Both the position numbers and the translations under genes were made by a program. The notes beneath the pieces were generated by a model, which ran no database searches, was not told the origin of the DNA, and was given only the letters and a program-made list of their open reading frames with translations. A DNA stretch of 64,000 nucleotides from a virus (Duplodnaviria; Caudoviricetes), in the IMG/VR virus record IMGVR_UViG_3300027708_000013, one strand, 5' to 3'. Position 1 is the first letter of the stretch. Every line of letters begins with the position of its first letter. Positions 54,220 to 63,393 of this stretch are shown in pieces.

Positions 54220-54911
54220 AGTCCTGCCTTGGCCAATATGTCTCGAACCCACTCGACATCGGCCAAGTATTCTCGAAACCGCCGTTGCCACGAGTCGGGG
54301 TCGATCATGGGCAAGATCATACCTATCTGTTCTTCAGTGACACTGTCAAGAAATTCCACACCCGTTGCACAATTAAACACCACCCAAGGACTAATCCTAC
54401 CGGTGCTAATATGGAAACAAATCCTATTACTGTTGCCATAACGAAAATAGTCCCCAAAACCTCCCTTAAGATCTGTATTGCTTTCTGCATATGATTCCAT
54501 TTCTCGTAATGCTCGTTCCAATGCGTCCGACACTGCTTCTCTTTTGACATAGTCCGGTAACCATTCTGTGTATAACCCATCACTGCACCAATGATCTATC
54601 TTTTTGTTATTTTTCAACAGCCAATCTAAATAGTTGACAAAGTTGATGCAACGTATGTCCTGACAATATCTACCAAATTTAACAAAGGCGTTGTAGTAAG
54701 GACTGGCAACAAAGTCTGCATAACTTTTTAGTCGTGCTGATCCTTGTGTGGTTTCATAAAAACGCAAGTATGCCCGGAGTCCCAACTGCACACCTGTTTC
54801 ACTTTCCTGTTGCCAGCGACGCTTTGGCTCACACAGGTGAACACTGAGTGTGCTGAGTTTTAAAAAACTCTTGTCACAGTACTTACAGGTATTCTTTGAT
54901 TCGTCGGTCAT
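54216..54911 (-). CDS. hypothetical protein with N-terminal C2H2/C2HC-type zinc finger
   Basis: CKYCDKSFLKLSTLSVHLC fits C-x2-C-x3-F-x5-L-x2-H. Confidence 0.65.
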   Translation of the reverse strand: MTDESKNTCKYCDKSFLKLSTLSVHLCEPKRRWQQESETGVQLGLRAYLRFYETTQGSARLKSYADFVASPYYNAFVKFGRYCQDIRCINFVNYLDWLLKNNKKIDHWCSDGLYTEWLPDYVKREAVSDALERALREMESYAESNTDLKGGFGDYFRYGNSNRICFHISTGRISPWVVFNCATGVEFLDSVTEEQIGMILPMIDPDSWQRRFREYLADVEWVRDILAKAGL

Positions 54912-55356
54912 CCCATCCTTGAGATTTTAAATGTTGTTTAAGATCGTCTTTACTATTCAACCGGGCCAATAATGCAATTTCGTCGTCACGCAGATCAGGG
55001 TACAATTCACGCAGTAGTTTTTCTACTTTGTTGTTACTAGTGTCTTTTTTCTTGGGCGAAATCCACTGGTGAAACTGTCGTCCCATGCCGGGACTCACAG
55101 TGGTGGCCAACAACCACTGTAGTTTTTTATGCTGTGTGGTGTTGATGTCAAAGAAGTTGCGATTGAGTCGTTCGTTGCAACTGATCAAGTAGTAGGCTTG
55201 TAATTCTGCCGAGCCCGACACAGTGGCACCATAGCGTATCATGAGAAATGGTGAGAACTTTTTACGTTCCTCTTCTGTGAGATCATCATAGAAGTCACGG
55301 TTCTTTGAATCAAACTGTGCCATTTCATTTGCGATTGATAGTTTATCTGTTGTCAT
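54883..55356 (-). CDS. gp62: sliding-clamp loader small subunit (T4 gp62-like)
   Basis: FSPFLMIRY...NERLN..F...H.KLQW...GRQFHQWI. Confidence 0.65.
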   Translation of the reverse strand: MTTDKLSIANEMAQFDSKNRDFYDDLTEEERKKFSPFLMIRYGATVSGSAELQAYYLISCNERLNRNFFDINTTQHKKLQWLLATTVSPGMGRQFHQWISPKKKDTSNNKVEKLLRELYPDLRDDEIALLARLNSKDDLKQHLKSQGWDDRRIKEYL

Positions 55357-55576
55357 ATTTTAATTTATAGTACATTATAGCAGGCTCTAGTAATTCTTGC
55401 AAGCCGGCATCCGTTTGAGCTGTTCTTCTGATATTGATCCACAGTTGATCCTCACGCATTTGTTCTAAGTGATCTGCATGCCGGGATGAAACATGATGCA
55501 GTTGTCTATCCGTTTCACCCATGTTTCTAACATACACAGTTTCACCCGAATCTGGGCTTTCGTATATCTTGGTCAT
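55343..55576 (-). CDS. hypothetical protein
   Basis: IYESPDSGETVYVR motif; overlapping junctions. Confidence 0.7.
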   Translation of the reverse strand: MTKIYESPDSGETVYVRNMGETDRQLHHVSSRHADHLEQMREDQLWINIRRTAQTDAGLQELLEPAIMYYKLKYDNR

Positions 55577-55579
55577 GGT

Positions 55580-56083
55580 TTACCAAACTAAACTGTAGTT
55601 GACCACTTCACTTTGACGACTGATGTCTTTGACAAAGTAAGCACACATGGGCCCGTCAACACCGTTTTCCAGGGGCACTGCCAACAGTTGTCCAGGCTTG
55701 AGTTTGGGAAAATACCATTTGACATCTTGATAAATGTCTACAATTTCCACCGGATAAAAGTCCGGACGGAAACTGGTCTTGGGATTGAATGCAAAGGCCG
55801 AGAATCCCCTATCGTTGATACTTGTCAGGGGTACCACTTCTAAATCGCCCATGTCTTTTTCGCCAATCAACAGTTGCCAATCCACTGGCATACGAATGGT
55901 GTGTTCACCAATCTTCAACACCAGGGCTGGACTGTTGAAGCTTTCCATAAAGATCAAGGGAATATAAAAGTAGTCTGGATCCTTGGGATTACTGTTGTCC
56001 AGCACACAGAAATTGAGTTCGTCAATCTCGTCGGGTATTTCATCTAAGGGATAACTTCTATTTTCTAAAGTCAAAATTCTCAT
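55580..56083 (-). CDS. conserved all-beta hypothetical protein (possibly Hint-like fold)
   Basis: ATGA-coupled to uvsW; beta-strand pattern. Confidence 0.65.
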   Translation of the reverse strand: MRILTLENRSYPLDEIPDEIDELNFCVLDNSNPKDPDYFYIPLIFMESFNSPALVLKIGEHTIRMPVDWQLLIGEKDMGDLEVVPLTSINDRGFSAFAFNPKTSFRPDFYPVEIVDIYQDVKWYFPKLKPGQLLAVPLENGVDGPMCAYFVKDISRQSEVVNYSLVW

Positions 56084-57537
56084 TGCCAGTCTGCTTTCTC
56101 TATTGTGTAGGGGTATTGAGCTTCCGTATAAAATTTCTTACGTGCGGTTAAATGTCTTTTTGCGAATTTACAGGTGCTGGTGATGTCCCAGATTTGCACA
56201 TGATCTTTGTCTTCGGCTTTTCTGATGCCACGCCCGATGCTTTGTATGACTCGAACAAAACTTTTGCCCGGCTCAAGTAACACAAGATTAAATATCCTAG
56301 GGATATTAATACCCACAGCAGCAACACCATAGGTAGCAATGATAATTTTATCACTACTGACGGCAACTTCATCGTATTCATCTTTTCTCTCCTGAGCCTT
56401 GGTTGATCCCGATACAAACACAGCACGTTCGCCTAAGCGTTCCAACAACAGCTTTCCTGTGGCAATTCTATCTACCAAGATAAGTGTGTTGCCAGTTTCG
56501 TTTACACTGTTTATCAACTGTGCCAGGTAATCAAGTCTACCTGCTGTTTCGGTCAAGTATTTAAGCTCGCTTTGGTAGTTGGTATATTCAACGTGGTCTA
56601 TCAACTGTACTATATTTACGTGACAACGGGCCAGGTGGCCCGCTTCTTGAAGTTCCGACGCACTTAATCGACCCACTACTGAGCCTAGACTACAAAAGAT
56701 ACTGGTCTTTTCGTAATCTTCTCGGGGCACGGTACCAGTGAGTCCCCAGCGTATGGGCACATGGGCAAACACTCCGGTCAGCAAAGTCTTTAGTGCATCG
56801 GCCTTGGCCATATGTACTTCATCCACCATGACCAACACCACACCTTCAATAAACTCGCCAATGGTGACCTCGGCCTCTGCCGACTTGGTGTTCTTTAATA
56901 GGATGTTTAGGCTTTGCCAAGTGCAAATGGTGTGTGTTCGACCAAATTCTTTTCTATCGCCAAAGTACACTCCCACATCTAGTCCTAGATTTTTGTAGTC
57001 GTCTTCGGTCTGTGTCACTAGACTTTTGTTGGGCACAATGACAATGGATCTGCCATACTGTTCCACACTGCGACTCAAGGCCGCGGTCATAATAGTTTTG
57101 CCAGCACCAGTGGCTATTTCTTGTATACTCTGTGGATTACTTAAAAAGTTATTGATAATTTCCACTTGATAGTCGCGAAACACTATGGGTTCGCCGGCTC
57201 GGGGATGGCCTGCGGGCCATGTTTGATCGCTGAAACTATCTTCTCGAAATTCTGCAAACTCAAACTGTGTGCGGTAGTCACGAACATCCTCCAACTCAAC
57301 ATCGTATCCTTGGGATTCCAGGATGGGCAGGATATCCGGCAACAGGTTTACATAACTGGTGCCACTGAGTTGAAAGAACGCAACCTTGCCGTCCCATCTG
57401 CCCAATCTCACTGCGGGTTGATATCTGGCACCGGGTATTTCAAATTTGAACCGATCCACTAGCTTTTTACGTGTGGCCAAATCAAGACCTTCAATCTTGA
57501 TGTTGACTTCATCACGTATTACTAATTTAGCTTTCAA
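56080..57537 (-). CDS. uvsW: SF2 DNA helicase UvsW-like
   Basis: RDYQ, ATGAGKT, VDEVH, GLTGT, VGINIPRI, QSIGRGIR. Confidence 0.9.
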   Translation of the reverse strand: MKAKLVIRDEVNIKIEGLDLATRKKLVDRFKFEIPGARYQPAVRLGRWDGKVAFFQLSGTSYVNLLPDILPILESQGYDVELEDVRDYRTQFEFAEFREDSFSDQTWPAGHPRAGEPIVFRDYQVEIINNFLSNPQSIQEIATGAGKTIMTAALSRSVEQYGRSIVIVPNKSLVTQTEDDYKNLGLDVGVYFGDRKEFGRTHTICTWQSLNILLKNTKSAEAEVTIGEFIEGVVLVMVDEVHMAKADALKTLLTGVFAHVPIRWGLTGTVPREDYEKTSIFCSLGSVVGRLSASELQEAGHLARCHVNIVQLIDHVEYTNYQSELKYLTETAGRLDYLAQLINSVNETGNTLILVDRIATGKLLLERLGERAVFVSGSTKAQERKDEYDEVAVSSDKIIIATYGVAAVGINIPRIFNLVLLEPGKSFVRVIQSIGRGIRKAEDKDHVQIWDITSTCKFAKRHLTARKKFYTEAQYPYTIEKADWQ

Positions 57538-58390
57538 AATATACTTTGGTTATAGATTGTCGTTGTGCAATTTCTTTTAACAATTCATCTCTAGGCCGAG
57601 TTTCAATTAATTCTGCTACAGGAAACCTCAACGGTAACAGTCGAGGATCTTCAAATTTAGCAAATCCCTGACTGTTAAAGAACTCTTTATTCTTTATATA
57701 GTATTGTAACATATTCTCCAAGGTGCTATCAACCTGAGTTTTAAAAAACCTAACTGCAAAATCTGCACTGTAAACTCCAAATGGTCGAAATGCCTCCTGG
57801 CTGATGTATTGATCTTTATCAAGGGCAAGGTCTTCTAGGGTTTTACCTATCTCACAATAGTTTAAGCACACAGAGCCAAATCCAGGATCAAGTGTTCCGT
57901 ATTCCTCCATCAAATCGGGATCAAGTACATGAACTTTGGGTAGTCCGTACCAAGTACACACAAAACGTGGTTGGTTACCTCTGGCTACTGATTCGCAACG
58001 GTGTACATTGATATTTAAATCAGCCATGGCTTGTTTAACTGTTGCAGGTGCAGTGTTCCAAAATTTGTTTGATTGCTGATCTAGCAAACCATGATATTGT
58101 TCAAAAATACTGTGTAGATAATTAAGCGTATCTTGATCCTGCACACTGGATATCGTTCGGGTAATAATATTATTGTGACTGTTGATGGTGTCGATACTGG
58201 CCTGTATCATTGCCACAGCACGAGATTCTTCTTGTGCCACACTGTTGAATCCATAAAACCTGTCAGGATGGTCCAATGGATACGGCTCTCTGGCCATCAT
58301 ACGTTCCAGCCACTGAGTGGCTATGGGTGTGCGTAACACTTTAAATCGCAATGCAAATTGGTCTGAGCCTAGTTCAATACACAATATCAC
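57527..58390 (-). CDS. hypothetical protein
   Basis: ORF track; overlapping both neighbours. Confidence 0.7.
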   Translation of the reverse strand: MILCIELGSDQFALRFKVLRTPIATQWLERMMAREPYPLDHPDRFYGFNSVAQEESRAVAMIQASIDTINSHNNIITRTISSVQDQDTLNYLHSIFEQYHGLLDQQSNKFWNTAPATVKQAMADLNINVHRCESVARGNQPRFVCTWYGLPKVHVLDPDLMEEYGTLDPGFGSVCLNYCEIGKTLEDLALDKDQYISQEAFRPFGVYSADFAVRFFKTQVDSTLENMLQYYIKNKEFFNSQGFAKFEDPRLLPLRFPVAELIETRPRDELLKEIAQRQSITKVYFES

Positions 58391-59523
58391 AATCGTTTTA
58401 CCTTAGTGTTGTTCTTCTTATTGTACACTTCTTGTGCCACATACACAACCTTTTCGGCCTGTTGTAACATGTGTTGCCTGTCTCCTCCAAACACCATGCC
58501 AACACTGCTGATCAACAATCCAATGGGCCGATCCACAAGTGGTTGCTGTGTATGTATATACTGTTGCATTTTAAAAACTTCATCGGTGCCAACTCGTCTT
58601 TGTAACTGTTTCAACATGCGATAGGAACTGTTGGGCTCGTAGATCACCACAGGGTAACGATTCACAGCTTCAGCATAATCCAACACAGTGTCAAAGTCAA
58701 CATTGTTGGCAAATGTAGCGGGATCAAGTCTGAGTTCTCTATGCACCAATAAATTATAAAATTTGGCACCACGTGTGGCCATGATGGATTCGGCAATGGC
58801 TGGCTCCACAGTGTAGCCCAACACACCACTCATGTCCACCAGGTACAGCAGGCGATCCAGGCCAAACCCACCGTGAGAGTTGATGTATTCTCGCAGGCTG
58901 TCTGGTGAGTTGCGTATGTCAAGTTGATCCCCGTTGATATACAGTTCTATAGCATAGGGCTGTGATTCAACCTGATGAATTTGATCCATGAGACTGTGAA
59001 CAGCTGAGTCGATTTCAAATCGGTTTTTATTGGCCCAAGTGGTTAGCCAACTTACGTTGTATTCTGTCACTGCCGCAGTCCATACTCGGTGATTTTGATC
59101 CCATCTTACCTCACCTTGACTGGTTTTGGAAAAGTCTCTTATGTCGCCGATGTGGTCATTGTTGAATGGAAACCGTATCAACAATCTATCTCCGTCGCGG
59201 GTCAAAGAACAAGTGTAGTCCAGTTGACGCAAGGGCTGTCTCCATACAGGTTGACGCACAGGTTCAACATCAATACCTTGTGCCTGCAACTGTCGTTGGT
59301 ATTTGAGTACAATCTTGACCAGCAGGTCGGCCTGGCGTAGGGTCAAGGACTGTGATACAGAAACTGAAGTGGCCATGCTTTCCAGTACACCAACATCGTA
59401 TCTGGCCAAGCTGATTATGGGTTTGATGTCGGCCAACCATGGATTAAGCAGTTGTCCAGACACAGGATCTCTGTGTCCCACTATCACTTCTAAATAATCT
59501 TCCACATGAGTAAATTGTCGCAT
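58387..59523 (-). CDS. hypothetical protein with possible HARP-like segment
   Basis: IRFPFNNDHI..IR.......RWD...RVWT resembles HARP-type domains; extended -10 TGTTATAAT upstream. Confidence 0.55.
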   Translation of the reverse strand: MRQFTHVEDYLEVIVGHRDPVSGQLLNPWLADIKPIISLARYDVGVLESMATSVSVSQSLTLRQADLLVKIVLKYQRQLQAQGIDVEPVRQPVWRQPLRQLDYTCSLTRDGDRLLIRFPFNNDHIGDIRDFSKTSQGEVRWDQNHRVWTAAVTEYNVSWLTTWANKNRFEIDSAVHSLMDQIHQVESQPYAIELYINGDQLDIRNSPDSLREYINSHGGFGLDRLLYLVDMSGVLGYTVEPAIAESIMATRGAKFYNLLVHRELRLDPATFANNVDFDTVLDYAEAVNRYPVVIYEPNSSYRMLKQLQRRVGTDEVFKMQQYIHTQQPLVDRPIGLLISSVGMVFGGDRQHMLQQAEKVVYVAQEVYNKKNNTKVKRL

Positions 59524-59550
59524 AATGTATTATAACACAGTTGGTTGGGT

Positions 59551-59578
59551 AAAAAAAGCCCTGCGGTTAAGCAGGGCT
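59551..59578 (-). terminator. rho-independent terminator
   Basis: AGCCCTGC/GCAGGGCT stem plus 7 U on the minus strand. Confidence 0.85.
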
Positions 59579-59626
59579 ATAAAACTGTGATTCAGGAGCT
59601 AGAGAGAATCACAGGAAAAACAACAT

Positions 59627-60127
59627 TTATTCGTTTTCTTTCTTACGTCGAGCAGGGCAAGTAAAACCAGTATCAGCCAATGCCTGTCTTACTTCATCAT
59701 CGTTGCACAGTAATGCAATGGCACCAGCCTTCATACCAAAATTCCAAAGTTCACGGGCCAGTTTCAATCGTTTACAGTTGTCATCGACAAATGTAGTACC
59801 ACCACCAAAACCTAATCCGGCAATATTAAAACTGCCCGAAGTTGACCCCATACAAGTATCAAGACCTGACGTTAAGTTGGGACCATTAACTGATGGTACA
59901 TTTTTTACAGTGTAACTGCCGTTGTAAGTAACATCACTACTGCCGCCGCCACTGCCACCAATATTAATGCTTTGTGTATTGCCAATGCCTGTTGCATTGG
60001 GATTGGCAATACTTGTGGCACCTGCATTGGTTGAATTCGCACCAGCACCCACATCCATGTTTGTAGTTTGTGCATGAGCAAGGTTACTGACAATGACTAA
60101 TGCAATTAAGCCGTGGTGTAGTTTCAT
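59627..60127 (-). CDS. secreted protein, G/N/S/T-rich N-half and four-Cys C-domain
   Basis: Signal peptide ending AHA; DTCMGS, DNCKR, LLCND, FTCP. Confidence 0.7.
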   Translation of the reverse strand: MKLHHGLIALVIVSNLAHAQTTNMDVGAGANSTNAGATSIANPNATGIGNTQSINIGGSGGGSSDVTYNGSYTVKNVPSVNGPNLTSGLDTCMGSTSGSFNIAGLGFGGGTTFVDDNCKRLKLARELWNFGMKAGAIALLCNDDEVRQALADTGFTCPARRKKENE

Positions 60128-60129
60128 AG

Positions 60130-60822
60130 TTATTGTCCAATCACGTTAGTAAAAGTACCGTTAAACACACCATTAGCACCAGTTGACCCAACTGCTTGAA
60201 ACGAACCAGTTAATGCATTTGAAACCGATCCAGTATTGGTAATGCTGTTTTGTGCGGTTGCACTGCTGGTAGATCCAGTAACAGAAGTTGCACCAGTTGT
60301 ACTTAATCCAAAAGTCACGCTGGTGGCGTTTTGTCCCACTGCACTGGTACCGCTTGCTACTGTACCAGCACCTGTGAGATTCGCTGAACTACCGCTACCA
60401 AACGATGATACACCAATGCCACCAGCAGATCCAACTGAGTTTGTTAGTGTACCTGTGGCACCATTGACACTGCCATCAATAGTTCTTGTGGCAAAACCTG
60501 ATTGATTAGCAAAAGATTCAGCACCACCTGTGCCTGTACCTGTTACACTGGTTGCAGTTCTACCAGTTGAACTGATGGAAGAATTAATTGTGCCCACACC
60601 TGTTGTGGGATTGATGGTATTGGTAGTTGTGATACCCATGGAGTTACTGGCCGATACTGAACCGGAGTAACTGCTGGAGCCTGCACCTGTTTGTGTGGAA
60701 AACACACTTACGCCACCGTTGATACTGCTGTTACTGGCGCCGGTTACAGCAAAACCTGCCGCATGACCGGTTCCAGTACCACACAAGCCCGCTATCATTA
60801 ATGCTATTAGTTTACGTTTCAT
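60130..60822 (-). CDS. secreted G/S/T/A-rich low-complexity protein
   Basis: MKRKLIALMIAGL signal peptide; mature part almost devoid of charged residues. Confidence 0.7.
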   Translation of the reverse strand: MKRKLIALMIAGLCGTGTGHAAGFAVTGASNSSINGGVSVFSTQTGAGSSSYSGSVSASNSMGITTTNTINPTTGVGTINSSISSTGRTATSVTGTGTGGAESFANQSGFATRTIDGSVNGATGTLTNSVGSAGGIGVSSFGSGSSANLTGAGTVASGTSAVGQNATSVTFGLSTTGATSVTGSTSSATAQNSITNTGSVSNALTGSFQAVGSTGANGVFNGTFTNVIGQ

Positions 60823-61000
60823 TTTTACTACCTTTATGTTGAAAAACAATTAAGTATTATACCAAAAACAAAATGTCTTTGATACCAAATCAAACACGAC
60901 TTAACAGCTCACCCGCATAAATTTAGCACAGTCGATTTCAACCTAAAAGCTCTTGACATCAAGTTAGCACAGTTGGTACTACTTCTTACATCATACATAT

Positions 61001-61029
61001 ATTATAACAAATCTGGGATTATCAGTCAA
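61001..61029 (-). promoter_or_regulatory. early promoter cassette TTGACT-N17-TATAAT
   Basis: Same family as 62871-62899, but no SD or ORF directly follows. Confidence 0.75.
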
Positions 61030-61041
61030 CTACAAATGTTG

Positions 61042-61344
61042 TTATATTGCTACAATTTCTATAGTAGCACCAGCAACCTCCGCATCACGTTTAAAACTTT
61101 CAAATACACTTCTAGTGTACGCACTCATGCCTTCACTACCTTTGTAACACTTGTATATTGAACCTGAATAACCAACAACATCATAATGGTCACCTTGATC
61201 AATCACCTGTTCAATACCCGAGTTCATTCTCCAGCTATCAGAACCGGCATATCCGCCGTACCAACTACCAAGTACCTTGCGAATTCGACCGTGTTCGCTG
61301 TTCATTTCCACTATAACCCAACGGTCTGGTGTATATTCACTCAT
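61042..61344 (-). CDS. conserved small phage protein (YTPDRWV family)
   Basis: KVLGSWYGGYAGSDSWRMNSGI motif. Confidence 0.75.
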   Translation of the reverse strand: MSEYTPDRWVIVEMNSEHGRIRKVLGSWYGGYAGSDSWRMNSGIEQVIDQGDHYDVVGYSGSIYKCYKGSEGMSAYTRSVFESFKRDAEVAGATIEIVAI

Positions 61345-61532
61345 TTAATTTCTCTCGCCGCCATCATGGCATCTGCCACATCATATGCTTCTCTTGCTAC
61401 AAAATGTGCGGTTTTACTGTGTGTAAGTGCATGTGTAACAATCGCGGGCACGGCTTGAGCCGCAAAGTAATCTCTTAGGTCCATGCCTTCGTCCCATACT
61501 CTTTCTGAATTACCTACAGGAAATGCTTTCAT
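61341..61532 (-). CDS. small phage protein (GMDLRDYFAAQA family)
   Basis: GM.LRDYFAA.A...AY..ADAM..AR pattern. Confidence 0.75.
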   Translation of the reverse strand: MKAFPVGNSERVWDEGMDLRDYFAAQAVPAIVTHALTHSKTAHFVAREAYDVADAMMAAREIK

Positions 61533-61786
61533 TCTTCAACTCCAAAAGTTTTTCTAATTTCGTATTCCACCAAGTGTAATGCGCCATTGTAATCTGTATA
61601 CAATTCATCTGTAGTCCAAGATCCATCTTCATTCCTATCTATCAAACCGTCCACCGCAGATAAACATCGTTGTACGATCAACTCGGCAAACTGTTCCACA
61701 GTGGGTGCCAATGCTGTTTCTGATTCTCCAATGATGCCTGCTTGTTGAGCTAATTTGATAATTTGTTGGTTCATAATGTTCTCCAA
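61529..61786 (-). CDS. hypothetical small phage protein
   Basis: I.KLAQQAG...FAELIV..C pattern. Confidence 0.7.
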   Translation of the reverse strand: MENIMNQQIIKLAQQAGIIGESETALAPTVEQFAELIVQRCLSAVDGLIDRNEDGSWTTDELYTDYNGALHLVEYEIRKTFGVEE

Positions 61787-61806
61787 AAAACTGCTGTTAA
61801 GCAGTT
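61785..61806 (-). terminator. short terminator overlapping the AAA-ATPase stop
   Basis: AACTGC-TTAACA-GCAGTT followed by TTTT. Confidence 0.45.
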
Positions 61807-62840
61807 TTCATACATGTTACCGAGGCCATTGCTTTCCATTTTAGTGGGAAGCTCTTACGCAGGTCTGCGATTTTGATTGCCATACGCAGACTAACTTCAC
61901 GCAAGCGGTTCTTGTTGTCTTCCAAGAAGCCAATGATCTCATCTTGCACACACGGTTCAAAATCATAGTCCGCAAACAAGGCACCATCCTGTGCAATTTG
62001 CTTGATACGCAACACCTTGTCACGCATGGTGTCCAAGGTCAAGTCCAAGTAATGGCATCTTGACTGTAGTGCATCCAAGTGATCTTTCAACTTCTGACTT
62101 TTCATTTGATCAAACTTGAGGTTGGTAATAAACACTATACTGCCACGAAACTCAAACGAGCTGGGAACATCTTCACGTTTCAGCATACTGCTGTCACTCA
62201 ACCAAGAAATTTTACGTTTCTTACCCGAGTCCAGGGCACCTTTCAACAAGTTCAATGCCACATCATCAACCAAGATACTATCACAGTCATCAAATACCAG
62301 CATGCAGTTGGCATCTGAATACTTGTACAGTGTGGAATACAAACCCAATGCGGTAGCACTGCCTTTGACAACTTCTGCACGTAGTCGACGACCTGAGATT
62401 TGATCAAACAAACAGGCCTTTTCCACAATACGTTCTACACCGTAACTTTTACCAACTCCTGGGGGGCCCGATACAATCATTGCACGGATGTCGCCTGTGG
62501 TTGCGGCAGTGGCCATTTCATCTAAGATCTCAAATCTTTGACGAATACGCTCGATGGCTTGTTCATCTGTTTCTTGTGCAGTGACCAACGCTTCAGCTTC
62601 AGCCACCGGTGTATTACCGGCATCAACATATTCTGCTTCGCTCACAAATTCATAATCCGTCATACCCGATACCTTTACACGAATGTCGTCTGGGAAACCA
62701 GCAAATACTCCGCCATTTCTCACAGTGACATAGCCACCTTTGGCGGTAGTTTTATACTGCTCTACCAATTGGAAAATTTTACCACTTACATCTGTAGTGC
62801 GATAAGCACCTGATTTGATACGAATAAAACTGTTTGTCAT
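61797..62840 (-). CDS. phage AAA+ ATPase
   Basis: Walker A GPPGVGKS, Walker B LVFDDCD, FITN, ALQSR; start moved to ATG 62840 after SD TAGGAG. Confidence 0.85.
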   Translation of the reverse strand: MTNSFIRIKSGAYRTTDVSGKIFQLVEQYKTTAKGGYVTVRNGGVFAGFPDDIRVKVSGMTDYEFVSEAEYVDAGNTPVAEAEALVTAQETDEQAIERIRQRFEILDEMATAATTGDIRAMIVSGPPGVGKSYGVERIVEKACLFDQISGRRLRAEVVKGSATALGLYSTLYKYSDANCMLVFDDCDSILVDDVALNLLKGALDSGKKRKISWLSDSSMLKREDVPSSFEFRGSIVFITNLKFDQMKSQKLKDHLDALQSRCHYLDLTLDTMRDKVLRIKQIAQDGALFADYDFEPCVQDEIIGFLEDNKNRLREVSLRMAIKIADLRKSFPLKWKAMASVTCMKTA

Positions 62841-62870
62841 ACTAGCTCCTACTGTTGTTAATATACATAT

Positions 62871-62899
62871 ATTATAGCAAAACCCCAATTATGGGTCAA
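62871..62899 (-). promoter_or_regulatory. early promoter cassette TTGACC-N17-TATAAT
   Basis: Consensus; followed by ATATGTATATTAACAACAGTAGGAG. Confidence 0.88.
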
Positions 62900-62905
62900 C
62901 CGTTT

Positions 62906-63052
62906 TTAGCCTTCCAAAGATGCAATAATCAAGGCGTTTGAAACTATAAGACCAACCACTGCAATGGCCATAGCCGTCATGTCATGAATTATCAATTGCC
63001 CTGCTATAATGCCAAGACATCCACTGTTTATCATTACCGCTATTTTTTTCAT
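62906..63052 (-). CDS. 48-aa hydrophobic membrane peptide (MKKIAVMINSGCLGII...)
   Basis: Not in the track; own cassette promoter and SD TAGGAG. Confidence 0.65.
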   Translation of the reverse strand: MKKIAVMINSGCLGIIAGQLIIHDMTAMAIAVVGLIVSNALIIASLEG

Positions 63053-63081
63053 TTCTGCTCCTAATCGTTTACTATACTAAT

Positions 63082-63110
63082 ATTATAGCAAAATGGCTAT
63101 TATTGGTCAA
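63082..63110 (-). promoter_or_regulatory. early promoter cassette TTGACC-N17-TATAAT
   Basis: Shares AAAAACGGTTGACC and TTTTGCTATAAT with 62871-62899. Confidence 0.88.
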
Positions 63111-63315
63111 CCGTTTTTGCCACTTTCATCATTTTAAGATTGCTGTCTGTAGCACAAATTCTAACGCCATAACAGTCGTTTTCACCGTAAATTACATCAA
63201 TCCAAGGCACTGTTTTTTCTGCGGCATTTTCGGATAATGCAATGTTTTTGATTGTACCAGTTAATTTACCAGCGGCACTAACCCAAGTAATTTTATCATT
63301 AACATTTAATTTCAT
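63100..63315 (-). CDS. small early protein
   Basis: ORF track; SD CAGGAG. Confidence 0.75.
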   Translation of the reverse strand: MKLNVNDKITWVSAAGKLTGTIKNIALSENAAEKTVPWIDVIYGENDCYGVRICATDSNLKMMKVAKTVDQ

Positions 63316-63344
63316 TTCAGCTCCTGTTGTTTAACTATACTAAT

Positions 63345-63373
63345 ATTATAGCAAATGGCGAATTCTGGGTCAA
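63345..63373 (-). promoter_or_regulatory. early promoter cassette TTGACC-N17-TATAAT
   Basis: Consensus; close to 22309-22337. Confidence 0.88.
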
Positions 63374-63393
63374 CCAAACTGCATTAAACTACT

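Noticed and set aside
53638-54291. Mini-DnaE as a frameshifted or read-through remnant of a full dnaE
   Set aside because: The flanking frames encode unrelated intact proteins, read-through ends after two codons, and the internal motifs are compressed rather than truncated; kept as a finding instead of a pseudogene call.
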